Shown: positions 39,705 to 50,585 of the stretch, in pieces
How positions within the stretch are numbered: position 1 is the stretch's first letter
Layout of the letters: each line of letters begins with the position of its first letter
Assembly: GCA_964646855.1 (NCBI GenBank)
Contig: CAZYHQ010000001.1
Location: 3,414-67,413, forward strand
Source: an uncultured archaeon
GTDB taxonomy: Archaea > Aenigmatarchaeota > Aenigmatarchaeia > CG10238-14 > SCSR01
Length of the DNA stretch: 64,000 nt
Direction of reading: 5' to 3'
Program-made: the position numbers and the translations under genes
Notes under the pieces: generated by a model
Databases searched by the model: none
What the model was told of the DNA's origin: nothing
The model's input: the letters and a program-made list of their open reading frames with translations, nothing else

Positions 39705-40847
39705 TTATTTCACTTCTCTGCTAACTTTTTCGATAGCACCAAACATTTCTTCCAGTTCTTCTTCAGTCATCTCAGGATACAGTGGTAGTGTGATTATAGA
39801 TTTTGATATTTCCTCTGCAACTGGCAGTGATATCCTGCCAAACAGGTTTGTGTAAAACGGCTGCAAGTGTACCGGCGGATCGTAATGGACGGATGCGCCT
39901 ATGCCGGCCTCCCTCAACTTTTCAAGAAAAGTTCTTCTGTCCTTGCCGACGATTCTGGCTGTGTACATGTGATAACTGTGTTTGTGATTATCCGGTGTGT
40001 TTTGCGGTACAATAAAATCAAACTGCTCGAGGAATTTTGTAATTTTCTGGGCGATTTTAATTCTGTTCTCTATGTTTTCGTTTATCCTTTTCAGCTGTCC
40101 TATTCCCATCGCCGCTTGGAAATTGGTCATCCTGAAATTGAATCCGAGGTCACTTTGGATCCTCTCCCAAGGATATTTTGCATAAGATCGTGCCCACGTT
40201 GATTTGTCTATACCGTGGCCGGCAAACTTCAAAACCTTTTCAGCAATTTCATCTTGGTTGGTTGTCACCATCCCACCCTCACCTGTTGTTATGTGTTTGG
40301 TAGAGAAGAAGGAGAAACACCCGAGCCCGAAACTTCCGGCTTTTTTCCCGCCGAATTCGGCACCAAGTGACTGCGCGACGTCTTCCACTACATGCAAATT
40401 ATTTTTTTCGGTCAATTCGGAGAGCCTTGCCATGTCGCATGTAAGGCCCGCGTAATGAACAGGCACTATCGCTTTTGTTCTGCTTGTCATCTTTTTTCCC
40501 GCATCCTCAATGTCCATGTTGAACGTATCCAATTCGGATTCCACAAAAATTGGTTTCGCTCCGCAATACATGACAGCGTTCGCGGTTGCAACAAATGTAA
40601 AAGAGGGGACTAATACCTCGTCGCCAGGCTTGATGCCGCTTGCCACCAAAGACAAGTACAAAGCCGAAGTGCACGAGTTAACCGACACAGCCCTTTTAAC
40701 ACCAATGTAATTCGCAAAAAGGTTTTCAAACTCTTCGTTCTTATCTCCGTAAGTGAACCAACCGGATTTCAAAACTTCTATTACGTCGTTTATTTCCTTT
40801 TCAGTGATGTTCGGTTTCATTAACGGTATCATGATATCACATTTCAA
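39705..40847 (-). CDS. DegT/DnrJ/EryC1/StrS sugar aminotransferase
   Basis: NSCTSAL, PVHYAG, EDVAQ, SFFSTKHITTGEGGM, GFNFRM. Confidence 0.95.
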   Translation of the reverse strand: MKCDIMIPLMKPNITEKEINDVIEVLKSGWFTYGDKNEEFENLFANYIGVKRAVSVNSCTSALYLSLVASGIKPGDEVLVPSFTFVATANAVMYCGAKPIFVESELDTFNMDIEDAGKKMTSRTKAIVPVHYAGLTCDMARLSELTEKNNLHVVEDVAQSLGAEFGGKKAGSFGLGCFSFFSTKHITTGEGGMVTTNQDEIAEKVLKFAGHGIDKSTWARSYAKYPWERIQSDLGFNFRMTNFQAAMGIGQLKRINENIENRIKIAQKITKFLEQFDFIVPQNTPDNHKHSYHMYTARIVGKDRRTFLEKLREAGIGASVHYDPPVHLQPFYTNLFGRISLPVAEEISKSIITLPLYPEMTEEELEEMFGAIEKVSREVK

Positions 40848-40850
40848 TAA

Positions 40851-41864
40851 TCACTCAAAGCGCAGGTCTGCCGCTTTAGCTTCTAACAAATTTTTGTAAC
40901 GTTTAACAGTTTGATATTTCTCACTCTCAAAATCTTCTTTTTTCAGTTCAATTGTTTTCAAATATTCGTGGACCTCTTTCACACCATCTCTGACACTGAT
41001 TTTCGGAGCAAATCCTAAAACATCTTTTATTTTTGTGAAATCCACTTGGTATGTTCTTTGGTCATTGTTGCTGCCAGCGATGCGTACAATCTTTGTGTTT
41101 GACACTTCTTCTGAAACTATTTTTGCAATATCTTGTACTTGGTGATTTTGTGAATCGCCGCCGACATTAAAAATTTGACCACCAACAGATTCAGAATCTG
41201 CCCGCGATGCCAGCAGGAATGCACGCGATATGTCCTTTATGTGCACCAAAGGCCTCCATATAGTTGCTTCGGATGCGAGCTCCAATGTGCTAGTCATAAA
41301 TGCGCGAGCTGTCATGCTGTTAACAACCAAATCAAACCTCATTCTCGGCGAGACGCCAAAAGCTGTAGCACTCCTCAACACGACCGTTTTGAAATTTTTA
41401 TTAGACATATTTAAAATTTCTTTTTCTGATAACAGTTTTGATTTTGCATATGCAGTGAGCGGTTTGCATTCAGAATATTCATTAACCATACCATTGCTCA
41501 CACCATACACAGCGCAACTAGATGAGAACAAAAATTTTTCCACCCCGGACAATTTCGATAATTCAACTAGTTTTTTGGTTGCCAGAAAATTTATTTCATT
41601 TGTAAGTCTCGGGTTCAATTCTCCGGACGGATCGTTCGAGATTGCAGCCAAATGTACTACGACGTCTATACCATTCAAATCATTCTCGGAAATGTCTCTT
41701 ACGTCTTTTATTATTTGTCTAAAATTTTCTCCGAATGTCGTATCAGGCAAGAATTCTTTGAAATGCCCAGCATCTAGGCCAACAACTTCAAAATTATTTG
41801 AAAGAAAAGTCTGTGTTAAAACGTGTCCGATGTAACCTAAATTACCGGTGATTAGAACTCTCAT
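40851..41864 (-). CDS. NAD-dependent sugar epimerase/dehydratase
   Basis: TGNLGYIG, AAISNDP, YAKSK, SPRMRFD. Confidence 0.92.
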   Translation of the reverse strand: MRVLITGNLGYIGHVLTQTFLSNNFEVVGLDAGHFKEFLPDTTFGENFRQIIKDVRDISENDLNGIDVVVHLAAISNDPSGELNPRLTNEINFLATKKLVELSKLSGVEKFLFSSSCAVYGVSNGMVNEYSECKPLTAYAKSKLLSEKEILNMSNKNFKTVVLRSATAFGVSPRMRFDLVVNSMTARAFMTSTLELASEATIWRPLVHIKDISRAFLLASRADSESVGGQIFNVGGDSQNHQVQDIAKIVSEEVSNTKIVRIAGSNNDQRTYQVDFTKIKDVLGFAPKISVRDGVKEVHEYLKTIELKKEDFESEKYQTVKRYKNLLEAKAADLRFE

Positions 41865-41880
41865 TTTTACCAACTCAAAA

Positions 41881-42972
41881 TCACAAAGCGATGAAGGAAT
41901 TTTCTCCTACAAAAACTTGGCAAGCCTTTGGCAGACTATCCGCAGACGAAACTATTGTAACATTTTTTCCTATCAAGCTGTCAATTATTCTTTGTCCACA
42001 GCTTATTTTTGAATCGCCAATCAAAACACTCGATTCTATTTCTGTATTTTCAATAACACAATTATCTCCTATTGAGGTATACGGTCCAATGTAAGTCTTC
42101 TCACCAATCACACAGTTCTTTCCAATAACTACAGGGCCGCGAACCGAAGAACCACTTTTTATGATAGACCCTTCATCAATCCCAACTTGACCAATAACGT
42201 TTGCCCCTTCTTCGATTATTCCTCTGTTGAATGGCACCAAATCATGCAATAAGAGTCTATTCGCCTCAACGATTCCCTCACGGTCTCCTGGGTCTTTCCA
42301 CCATGCAGCACCAACTATTTCATATGTTACCTTTTTTTCGTTCGTAAGTAAACCTTGTATCGCATCTGTTATCTCGTATTCGTTTCTCCATGAAGGTTTC
42401 AACGTTGCTATCGAATCAAAAATAGAATTGTTCAAAAAATATATCCCAACCAAAGCCAGGTTGCTTATCGGAGTTTTCGGTTTCTCAACGAGTCTGATAA
42501 TTTTCCCGTTGTTTACTTCTACCACACCAAACCTTTCAGGATTAGTAACTTCTTTAAGCAGCAAATGGCCGTCCACATCGTGGGTCGAAAAGTAATCTAC
42601 ATAGTTTTTAATTCCACCTCGCAGAATATTGTCTCCGAGATGGACGACAAACTTACCACCGCTGTTGTTAGTAGTCAAAAATTCTTTTCCTGTTGCAACC
42701 GCGTGAGCGAGTCCGCGAGCCGCATCCTGCTCTATGTAAGTTGCCTTGATGCCGAATTTCGAGCCGTCGCCAATGGCATCTTTTATTTCCTGTATCCTCT
42801 GCGGCGTGTGGCCAACAATTATTCCTATGTCAGTAATCCCAGCTTCCTTTAGGGTTTCTATTGCATAGTGAATCATTGGTTTGTTTGCCAAAGGAAGCAA
42901 GTGCTTGTTGCTGGTATGCGTTAGAGGTCGCAATCTTGTTCCAGTCCCTCCAGACAAAATCAAACCTTTCAT
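41881..42972 (-). CDS. glucose-1-phosphate thymidylyltransferase (long form with left-handed beta-helix)
   Basis: LSGGTGTRLRPLT, GLAHAV, LGDN, EKP, PSWRNEYEITDA, YIGPYTSIG. Confidence 0.92.
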   Translation of the reverse strand: MKGLILSGGTGTRLRPLTHTSNKHLLPLANKPMIHYAIETLKEAGITDIGIIVGHTPQRIQEIKDAIGDGSKFGIKATYIEQDAARGLAHAVATGKEFLTTNNSGGKFVVHLGDNILRGGIKNYVDYFSTHDVDGHLLLKEVTNPERFGVVEVNNGKIIRLVEKPKTPISNLALVGIYFLNNSIFDSIATLKPSWRNEYEITDAIQGLLTNEKKVTYEIVGAAWWKDPGDREGIVEANRLLLHDLVPFNRGIIEEGANVIGQVGIDEGSIIKSGSSVRGPVVIGKNCVIGEKTYIGPYTSIGDNCVIENTEIESSVLIGDSKISCGQRIIDSLIGKNVTIVSSADSLPKACQVFVGENSFIAL

Positions 42973-43072
42973 ATCAACAACTTTCTGAGAAAAATATAAA
43001 CTTTTGGTTTTTAAAGTTAAGTGAATCTCTGATTCTAACAAGTTATTTAACCGCATATTTCATCTAAAATTT

Positions 43073-43924
43073 ATGAAAAAAATTTTAGTAACAGGAGGAA
43101 ACGGTTACATCGGTTCAAAACTTGCAACAGTTCTAAAAGAAAAAGGATACGAAGTGGAGACATTTGATCAGCCAAAAGACATTCGGAGCAAAACAGAAGT
43201 TGAAGAAGCAGTTAAAGGAAAAGACATAGTCTACCATTTAGCCGCAGTGACGAATCACAGTTGGATGGATGCACACCCATCAGAAACATTCGACGTCAAC
43301 ATTGTTGGAACAAAAAATGTTGCGGAAGCGTGTGCAGCCAACAAAGTTCTTTTAAATTTCATATCGACTTGTAGCATTTTTGAAGATTCATTGGAATCTC
43401 CCACTGATGTGTACGCAGCTAGCAAAGCTGCCGGCGAATGGGTAGTAAAAGCATGGCATATCTCAACAGGAGTTGAGTATAATATTTTAAGAGTGGACAC
43501 TGTATACGGACTAAGCATAGATAACAAAATGAGGACCGACACATGTATTCCAGTGTTTTTGGAACATGCAATCAGAAACAAAAAACTACCTATATTTGGA
43601 ACTGGAAAAGAGACCAGAAACTATCTGCACATCGATGATGTAATTGATGCATTGGTTGCTGTGTTAGAGAAAGAGGTAAAAAATGAAACTATCAACCTAT
43701 CTGGTGTAGAACAAATTTCAGTTCTTGACGTGGCACGCACGGCATTAAAATCAGCTGGAATGCCAGAAGATTCCGTTGAGTTTTATCCGCCAAGAAAAAA
43801 CAGCTTTAGTTATCCAGTTATCAGCATTGAAAGGGCAAAGAAACTTCTTGGATGGTATCCTAAAATTAGCTTTGAACAGGGAATGTCAAATCTGTATAAT
43901 TTGCTAAAAAATACAAAATCGTAA
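43073..43924 (+). CDS. NAD-dependent sugar epimerase/reductase
   Basis: TGGNGYIG, YAASK. Confidence 0.9.
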   Translation: MKKILVTGGNGYIGSKLATVLKEKGYEVETFDQPKDIRSKTEVEEAVKGKDIVYHLAAVTNHSWMDAHPSETFDVNIVGTKNVAEACAANKVLLNFISTCSIFEDSLESPTDVYAASKAAGEWVVKAWHISTGVEYNILRVDTVYGLSIDNKMRTDTCIPVFLEHAIRNKKLPIFGTGKETRNYLHIDDVIDALVAVLEKEVKNETINLSGVEQISVLDVARTALKSAGMPEDSVEFYPPRKNSFSYPVISIERAKKLLGWYPKISFEQGMSNLYNLLKNTKS

Positions 43925-43934
43925 TTTAATTACA

Positions 43935-44960
43935 TCATACGTCAGCAAATTCCTTCAGGTAAACTTTTCTATTTTCTGCTGCAGACAACCTCACGGCTTC
44001 CATTAACTTTGCCTGGGCTAGAATGTTTTTGTATACATCGGAAATTTTTTGTATATTCTTGCTCAATACTGTGTTGCAAAAATCTCTAAAAATAATCTCG
44101 AAGTGGTTTGCCGCCTGCACTTTTACCGAAGTGATTACGTCTTTCGCGGTCTCGTTGTGCAAGATTTCTACCGGAGGTTCCAAGTTCGCAGGTATGCTAT
44201 ATGCACGGTTGACCCTAACAAGACCTTTCTCACCCCAGACAGTGTAATTGTTTTGATAAACCTGGTTGAACCCGAAGGAGCAGAATGCAACCTTGTTGTT
44301 TGGAAATTCGACATAAGCAGAACCCTGTACGTCTACACCAGTCTCACTGTCAATAACAAGGTTCGCGGTGACAGCAACAGGTTCGCCTTCCAACATTTTT
44401 CTGGCCATAAAAAGCGTGTAAGAACCTGCATCGTTCAAGCTACCGCCTCCCAATTTTTTGTCATAACGGAAATTTTTTTTGTCAAGCGGAGGAAAACCAA
44501 AATATCCCTTGAACACAAAAGGCTCGCCTATCTCACCTTCATGTATGAGCGACAGAACTTTTGCGTGCTGAGGATGGAATCCGCACATAAAATTTTCATA
44601 TAGAGCAACACCGTTAGATTTACAGGCTTCAATCATTTTCACTGCAGATGAAAAACTGCCTGTTAAAGACTTCTCGCACAACACATGCTTTCCTGCAGAT
44701 GCAGCTTTGATGACCCATTCCTCATGCAGGCCCACAGGAAGCGGTATGTATACAGCATCTATGTCAGTCCTCTGCAATACAGCATCATAAGATTTTTCCG
44801 CAGATATTCCATGGCGTTTTGCACACTCTTCAGCCTTTTTAGGATTCCTGCTCGCAACGCAAATCAATTCCGCGTTATCGATGAACTTGAATGCGTTTAT
44901 CGAATATTTTTCTGCTATAGCTGCGCATCCCAAAATCCCAATTCGAACTTTTCCTGCCAT
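43935..44960 (-). CDS. Gfo/Idh/MocA oxidoreductase, probable NDP-hexose 3-ketoreductase
   Basis: GILGCAAIA, VYIPLP..LH, HVLCEK, GGGSLND; cotranscribed with the 2,3-dehydratase. Confidence 0.85.
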   Translation of the reverse strand: MAGKVRIGILGCAAIAEKYSINAFKFIDNAELICVASRNPKKAEECAKRHGISAEKSYDAVLQRTDIDAVYIPLPVGLHEEWVIKAASAGKHVLCEKSLTGSFSSAVKMIEACKSNGVALYENFMCGFHPQHAKVLSLIHEGEIGEPFVFKGYFGFPPLDKKNFRYDKKLGGGSLNDAGSYTLFMARKMLEGEPVAVTANLVIDSETGVDVQGSAYVEFPNNKVAFCSFGFNQVYQNNYTVWGEKGLVRVNRAYSIPANLEPPVEILHNETAKDVITSVKVQAANHFEIIFRDFCNTVLSKNIQKISDVYKNILAQAKLMEAVRLSAAENRKVYLKEFADV

Positions 44961-44968
44961 AACAAAAA

Positions 44969-45712
44969 CTACAGAAGAGCGAACACTTCGCGTGCCAGTG
45001 AGTTAACCACACCATCCATCCTCAGCAGTTTTTTAATCTGTGGTAATGTCAGCCAGATAAACTCTTCTGGCGCTTTTACATCTTCGTTTTCATTAACTTC
45101 AACCAACACGCTTCTGTTTGTTTTCAAATAAAATCGTCCGCCATCCTCCACACCTTCGGCGGAATATAAAACTCTACCCTTTCCACCTTCTTCAAAATAT
45201 TCAGCCAGTAAAGGTTTCTTTCCACCATGAACCAACTTCAAATTGCTTTGAGTCGCTTGTAACGCAGGAGAAAGTTGCAGATTCGGGTTGTTGCCAGGTT
45301 CGAATTTCGCATTCAGCAAATAATGTCTAACACCATTTATTTTTTTTGTGATGACACCCAAAATCCCACACTCAGCTTGTTTCATCATCGGTTGCGTCCA
45401 CGACGACACTTCACGATTTCCGGCCCCAGTCACGCGAACACCAATGATTTGAAAAAACCTTCCAGACTCGTGCGTTATCCAGCCTGTTTTTGGATCAACA
45501 TGCCACTTGTCCAATTCATTTATCCCAACTTCCTCAACCTTGGCAGGATATTTTTTTCTCTGTTCTTCTAACCACTGCAACACGCCTGTAATGTCAGACT
45601 TATCCTGCGCTAGCGTCATTTCTGCCAATCGCTCTGCAGCAACGGCAACTTCGTCAGTTACTTTGTACCCTTTTTGTTGTATGAACTGTACGATTTCCTC
45701 TTGCAAACCCAT
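44969..45712 (-). CDS. NDP-hexose 2,3-dehydratase (single domain)
   Basis: HESGRFF, WTQPM, AKFEPGN, QLSPALQAT, EDGGRFY...NR. Confidence 0.88.
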   Translation of the reverse strand: MGLQEEIVQFIQQKGYKVTDEVAVAAERLAEMTLAQDKSDITGVLQWLEEQRKKYPAKVEEVGINELDKWHVDPKTGWITHESGRFFQIIGVRVTGAGNREVSSWTQPMMKQAECGILGVITKKINGVRHYLLNAKFEPGNNPNLQLSPALQATQSNLKLVHGGKKPLLAEYFEEGGKGRVLYSAEGVEDGGRFYLKTNRSVLVEVNENEDVKAPEEFIWLTLPQIKKLLRMDGVVNSLAREVFALL

Positions 45713-45857
45713 TTCTATCTCAAATTTATTTGAGTCCGTGTTTTAAAAACCATCTGAACCAATGGTATTCTACCAAAAGTCCATTCGTTCAATAATTTCT
45801 TAAACACAATTTTCGTACAAATAAATCAGCTAAGTCTAAGTATTTCGAGTGAATATC

Positions 45858-46886
45858 ATGAGCACTGTACTGGTTACCGGCGGAGCAGGTTACATCGGTT
45901 CTGTGTTGGTCAGAAAACTTCTTGACGAGGGCTTTAAGGTGAAGTGTCTTGACAGGTTCTTTTTCGGCATGGAATCTGTCAGCGAGCTGTTGGGTAACAG
46001 CAATTTTCAGGTAATCAAGGACGATATAAGATGGTTCAATCCGAAAATTTTGGAAGGCGTAGATTGTGTGATGGACCTGGCTGCAATTTCGAACGACCCG
46101 GCAAGCGAACTCGATCCTTCAAAGACGTACGACATCAATTTTGTGGGAAGAGTCAGAGTTGCGAACCTGAGCAAGAAGTACGGCGTCAGCAAGTACGTAC
46201 TTGCATCAACGTGCAGCGTTTACGGCGCGAAAGATCACAACGAAGTGTCAAACGAGAAATCCGAGCCCAACCCGCTCACTACATATTCAAAGGCAAATCT
46301 GATGGCAGAGAAAGAGATATTGCCGTTTGCTGACAACAAATTTTCTGTTACAGTTTTGAGGCAGGCAACAATTTACGGAGTCTCTCCACGCATGAGATTC
46401 GACATTGCGATAAACGCAATGGTTTTGAACGTGATGAAAAGTAAAAAACTTATGCTGATGCGCGATGGCACCCAGTGGAGACCGTTCGTCCACATAGCAG
46501 ACACATCAAGTGCATTCTTGGCAGTTGCAAATAGTTCTGTGGATACGGTGAACGGTCAGACATTCAATGTCGGCTCGAATGATCAAAATATTCAGGTGAA
46601 TGTTTTGCCGGAATTGGTAAAAAGTTCTCTGCCTATTGATTTTGAAATCGAATGGTATGGAAGTCCTGATACAAGATCTTACAGAGTTGACTTCGATAAG
46701 ATCGCCGAAATGCTTCACTTCAAGCCAAAGTTCTCACCCAAAGACGGAATCAAAGAGATTCATGATGCGATATCTTCAAATAAGATTTCTGATACGCTGA
46801 AGACCAGAACTGTTGATTGGTACAAGCATCTGATTGAGTCGGACAAACTTATTAAGGGCGTATCCATTAACTCTCAAATTTTGTGA
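45858..46886 (+). CDS. NAD-dependent sugar epimerase/dehydratase
   Basis: TGGAGYIG, AAISNDP, YSKAN, SPRMRFD. Confidence 0.9.
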   Translation: MSTVLVTGGAGYIGSVLVRKLLDEGFKVKCLDRFFFGMESVSELLGNSNFQVIKDDIRWFNPKILEGVDCVMDLAAISNDPASELDPSKTYDINFVGRVRVANLSKKYGVSKYVLASTCSVYGAKDHNEVSNEKSEPNPLTTYSKANLMAEKEILPFADNKFSVTVLRQATIYGVSPRMRFDIAINAMVLNVMKSKKLMLMRDGTQWRPFVHIADTSSAFLAVANSSVDTVNGQTFNVGSNDQNIQVNVLPELVKSSLPIDFEIEWYGSPDTRSYRVDFDKIAEMLHFKPKFSPKDGIKEIHDAISSNKISDTLKTRTVDWYKHLIESDKLIKGVSINSQIL

Positions 46887-46890
46887 TATT

Positions 46891-48057
46891 ATGAAAGTTC
46901 TGATGATATCAAGAAAATTTGGGCCTCTACCGCAGATGTCATTCGGTCCGTTCCCTATGGTTTACAAACTTGTCAAGGGTCTGAATGAAAAGATAGACAT
47001 CGCAGTTTTATCTTCACATCGCGGTTTACCTGGAAAAGAAAGTGTGGAAGGCGTTGACGTATACAGGACTTTCTTTCCTCCCATAGATGACATGACAAAA
47101 TTATTTTTCATGCCGCATGCATTTTTTGAAAACGGTTTTGTCGGTAAATTCTCGCCAGAAGTATTGCACTCTCAAGATGTGGAGGGTGCAGCAGTTTTCA
47201 AGAAATATAAAAACACGAGTATGAAAAAAATTTTTGCGGTGAAATCCGCAGTATCGTTCAGAACCAAAAACAGGAGCCCAGATTATGGAACAAAGCAAAA
47301 GATTTACAGCAAGACTTTGGGTTTCTGGGAAAAAGTAATCATAGAAAATTCAGACTACTTCATCACGCCTGTGAATTTTTTGAAGCGCGAAATAAGCGAA
47401 CACTACGGAATAGACGATAGCAGATTCTTCAACATCAAAAACGGAACGTTCACAGATTTGTTCACGCCTCATGTGGATGACAGCAAACTCAGAAAGAAAT
47501 TGGGGTTGGGTAACGAAACAGTTTTTTTCAGCACATCTGCAGGATGGAGAAAGGGTTTTGACGCCCTGCTGAAGTCATTCAACATAATCAAAAAAGATTG
47601 CGACGACGCAAAACTTGTTGTTGCCGGCGCATCAAGCTTGGGCACATTTGAAAAATTTGTTGACACAAATGTCGTGGATTCGAAAGAGGATATAATTCTT
47701 GTTGGATATGTCAGCAATTACGATTTTCCGATGTACTACAACATGGCAAAACTTTTCTTGTTCCCGTCATTCATGGAGACACAACCTAACACACTAATAG
47801 AATCTTTGTCGTGCGGTACACCGGTCGTCACGTTCAATTCAGGGGGTTGCCCAGAATTGGTTTCGAAAAATGAGGGAGCCATTGTCAGGGTTGGGGACAC
47901 GGAAGGATTTGCAGAAGCAACTCTCAAACTATTGGACAACAAATCAAGACTAAGAAAATTGGAAGCTAATTGCAGAAAGCGGGCGTTGAGAGATTACACA
48001 ATCGAGAAGTCTGTTAACGAACACATTAAGATGTACGAAAGTGTTTTGAGCAGCTAG
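46891..48057 (+). CDS. GT4 glycosyltransferase
   Basis: NG, RKG, FPS..E......E...CGTPVV. Confidence 0.9.
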   Translation: MKVLMISRKFGPLPQMSFGPFPMVYKLVKGLNEKIDIAVLSSHRGLPGKESVEGVDVYRTFFPPIDDMTKLFFMPHAFFENGFVGKFSPEVLHSQDVEGAAVFKKYKNTSMKKIFAVKSAVSFRTKNRSPDYGTKQKIYSKTLGFWEKVIIENSDYFITPVNFLKREISEHYGIDDSRFFNIKNGTFTDLFTPHVDDSKLRKKLGLGNETVFFSTSAGWRKGFDALLKSFNIIKKDCDDAKLVVAGASSLGTFEKFVDTNVVDSKEDIILVGYVSNYDFPMYYNMAKLFLFPSFMETQPNTLIESLSCGTPVVTFNSGGCPELVSKNEGAIVRVGDTEGFAEATLKLLDNKSRLRKLEANCRKRALRDYTIEKSVNEHIKMYESVLSS

Positions 48058-49023
48058 ATGTTTATGGGCGAAAAAATTTTAGTTACTGGCGGAGCAGGCT
48101 TCGTTGGCAGCCATATATGCGAACGGCTTGTTGCAGAAGGCAAAGAGATAGTTATAGTCGACAATCTGCATAATTTTTACGATCCTAAAATAAAACTGTC
48201 CAATTTGAAAGGCCTTGCTCAAAACCCAAATGTAACGATTTTGAATGCCGACATTCGCGATGCTAACATTCAATCCGAGCTGAGTAAGTTCGAAATAAGT
48301 TCTGTACTCCATGTCGCGGCTATTGCAGGTGTCAGGCCGTCCATGCTGAATCCTGGGGAGTACATAGACATCAACGTGAAAGGAACGCTGAACATCTTGG
48401 AATTTGCGAGGAAAGCAGATGCAGACAAGTTCATTTTCTCTTCATCTTCATCAGTTTATGGCGATGTCCCCTTATCAGAGTTGCCAGTGGCAGAGACGGT
48501 GGAGCCAAAACCAATCTCACCTTACGCAGCTTCAAAACTCGGAGCCGAGATACTTTGCAACACCTACTTAAAAACATTCGGGCTCGATACAACAATCTTG
48601 CGATACTTTACTGTATACGGCCCTAGGCAAAGGCCGGATGAAGCGATATCAAAATTCACTTCTCTTATTCTGAAAAACCAGCCGATAGAAATTTTCGGCA
48701 ACGGAGAGCAGCAGAGGGATTTCACGTATGTGTCGGATGCAGTCGAAGGAACGCTGCTAGCACTGCGCAGCAAGAACTGCAGCGGCGAAACGATTAACAT
48801 AGCAGGAGGAAAAAGAATTTCTGTCAACGAACTTGTAAAAATAATTTCAAATATCCTAGGCTCACAACCAAGGATAATTTTTTCGGACAAGAAAGCTGGC
48901 GAGGCGTCTAACACGCACGCAGACATATCAAAAGCGGAAAAGATTTTGGGCTACAAACCGAAAGTTAGTATGGAAGAAGGAATTAGGAATTTTGTTCAAT
49001 GGTTCAAGAGTCAGCAGATATAA
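48058..49023 (+). CDS. NAD-dependent epimerase (UDP-glucuronate 4-epimerase-like)
   Basis: [31 protein letters not shown]. Confidence 0.9.
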   Translation: MFMGEKILVTGGAGFVGSHICERLVAEGKEIVIVDNLHNFYDPKIKLSNLKGLAQNPNVTILNADIRDANIQSELSKFEISSVLHVAAIAGVRPSMLNPGEYIDINVKGTLNILEFARKADADKFIFSSSSSVYGDVPLSELPVAETVEPKPISPYAASKLGAEILCNTYLKTFGLDTTILRYFTVYGPRQRPDEAISKFTSLILKNQPIEIFGNGEQQRDFTYVSDAVEGTLLALRSKNCSGETINIAGGKRISVNELVKIISNILGSQPRIIFSDKKAGEASNTHADISKAEKILGYKPKVSMEEGIRNFVQWFKSQQI

Positions 49024-49041
49024 TTTTATTTATGAATTTTT

Positions 49042-50511
49042 ATGAGAGAATTTGAGAAGATAGGTCTTGACAGCCTGTACAATCTTCTTGGGTCAGTTTT
49101 TGTAGCTATCCTGACTTTTTTTATAACCGTAATCATAACAAGAAAGCTGGGTCCTGAGGACTACGGAATATTTTCTTATGCATTTTCTGTTTTTTCCCTG
49201 CTACCGCAATTCTGCTTGCTGAGCCTGAACACAATTTTGTTGAGGGACACTGCGTTTTTCGCTGGCAAGCGCGACCCTTCTGCAATAAAATCTTACTTCC
49301 TTCAGTTCTCAAAAATTGTTTTTCTGACTACCACAGCTATTTCTTTAGGGTTACTCGTGACAATTTTTGCGTTTCCAGGTCTCATTCCATTCTCTAATTT
49401 CCTTGTCATGTTCATCCCGTATCTGTTCATCATAAATTTCTTTACCCTGATTACATCAGGATCTTTGTCGGGACTGAGGAAATTCGGTCTTGTGAATTCT
49501 CTCACAGTTGTGTCTAGAGTATTGCTTCTGTTGTTTGTGCTATTGTTTATTGGCCAAAGGGTTTCAGGCGTGATAGTTTCTTACACGGTCAGCCTTGCAA
49601 TCCCACTTGCGATCTCACTGTTTTTTGTCCACAAAATTATTTTGTCAAAAGTCAAGACCAAGAAAATCAGTATTAATGAAATATTCTCGTTCTCACTGCC
49701 GTTCTTCATTGCGCAGATTCTTTTCGGCGTATTGCTTTATTTCAACATATTTGCTCTGACTTACTTCGCTCCAAAGTTTGGTTTCGATGACGTCGGTTTC
49801 TATTCGCTAGCATTTCACATCGAACTGTTTTTGGAAACTTTGCTGCTGTTTGTAGCAAACTCCGTAACGCCGGCAATTTCCCAGTTCTACGGTGCAAATG
49901 AATTTTCAAGAATCAAAAAAATATTTTCTCTTGGTATGAAGTACACGTTTATTTTTGTATTTCCGATAATGTTTTCGCTTGTGGCTGCAGCAGATGTACT
50001 GATACGCGATGTTTTCACAAAGACCTATTCAGGGTCGACCTTGGTGCTGCAAATACTTGCGTTCACATTGGTAGCCACGATGCTTCTCAGGTACATGCTT
50101 TCTATAATTCTTGCGAAAAAACTTGTCAGATCGTATCTTTACTTGGGAATTATACTGCTTGTAGTTACGGTGCCGTTGACACTGTTCCTTACATCAGAAT
50201 TTTCTGCGATAGGCGCAGCACTTTCAAGGGTCGTACCGCTTGTAGTGCTTACGATAATTTTTACTAAAATCATAGTCAAAAAGGCGCGACTTCAGCTGCC
50301 CTCAAGAGATTTGTTGGCAGAATTTGCCGGCTCGCTAATGTTTCTGCTGTTGTTCTTGGCCCCAAGAAACTTATTCTCTGTAATCGCATACTTTATGGCA
50401 ATTGGTATAGCCTACATTTCCTTCTTGTATTTTGTTAAAGTTCTTAGAGCAAGCGACATCGAAAGGGTAAAAACGTTTTTCAAGCTTCTAATTGATCCGT
50501 CCGCTAGATGA
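49042..50511 (+). CDS. Wzx/MOP oligosaccharide flippase
   Basis: RKLGPEDYG, ~12-14 TM, VGFYSLA, GAA. Confidence 0.9.
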   Translation: MREFEKIGLDSLYNLLGSVFVAILTFFITVIITRKLGPEDYGIFSYAFSVFSLLPQFCLLSLNTILLRDTAFFAGKRDPSAIKSYFLQFSKIVFLTTTAISLGLLVTIFAFPGLIPFSNFLVMFIPYLFIINFFTLITSGSLSGLRKFGLVNSLTVVSRVLLLLFVLLFIGQRVSGVIVSYTVSLAIPLAISLFFVHKIILSKVKTKKISINEIFSFSLPFFIAQILFGVLLYFNIFALTYFAPKFGFDDVGFYSLAFHIELFLETLLLFVANSVTPAISQFYGANEFSRIKKIFSLGMKYTFIFVFPIMFSLVAAADVLIRDVFTKTYSGSTLVLQILAFTLVATMLLRYMLSIILAKKLVRSYLYLGIILLVVTVPLTLFLTSEFSAIGAALSRVVPLVVLTIIFTKIIVKKARLQLPSRDLLAEFAGSLMFLLLFLAPRNLFSVIAYFMAIGIAYISFLYFVKVLRASDIERVKTFFKLLIDPSAR

Positions 50512-50585
50512 TTGTTCCATCGGTTTTATATATGTTTTTTCCAACAATAACCTATAGAAAAATTTTTTGAATAAAGGTAAACAAA

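Noticed and set aside
41230..41835. 201-aa plus-strand ORF and other long antisense ORFs (e.g. 61653-62264, 44049-44603)
   Set aside because: Fully antisense to well-supported genes and lacking recognisable motifs
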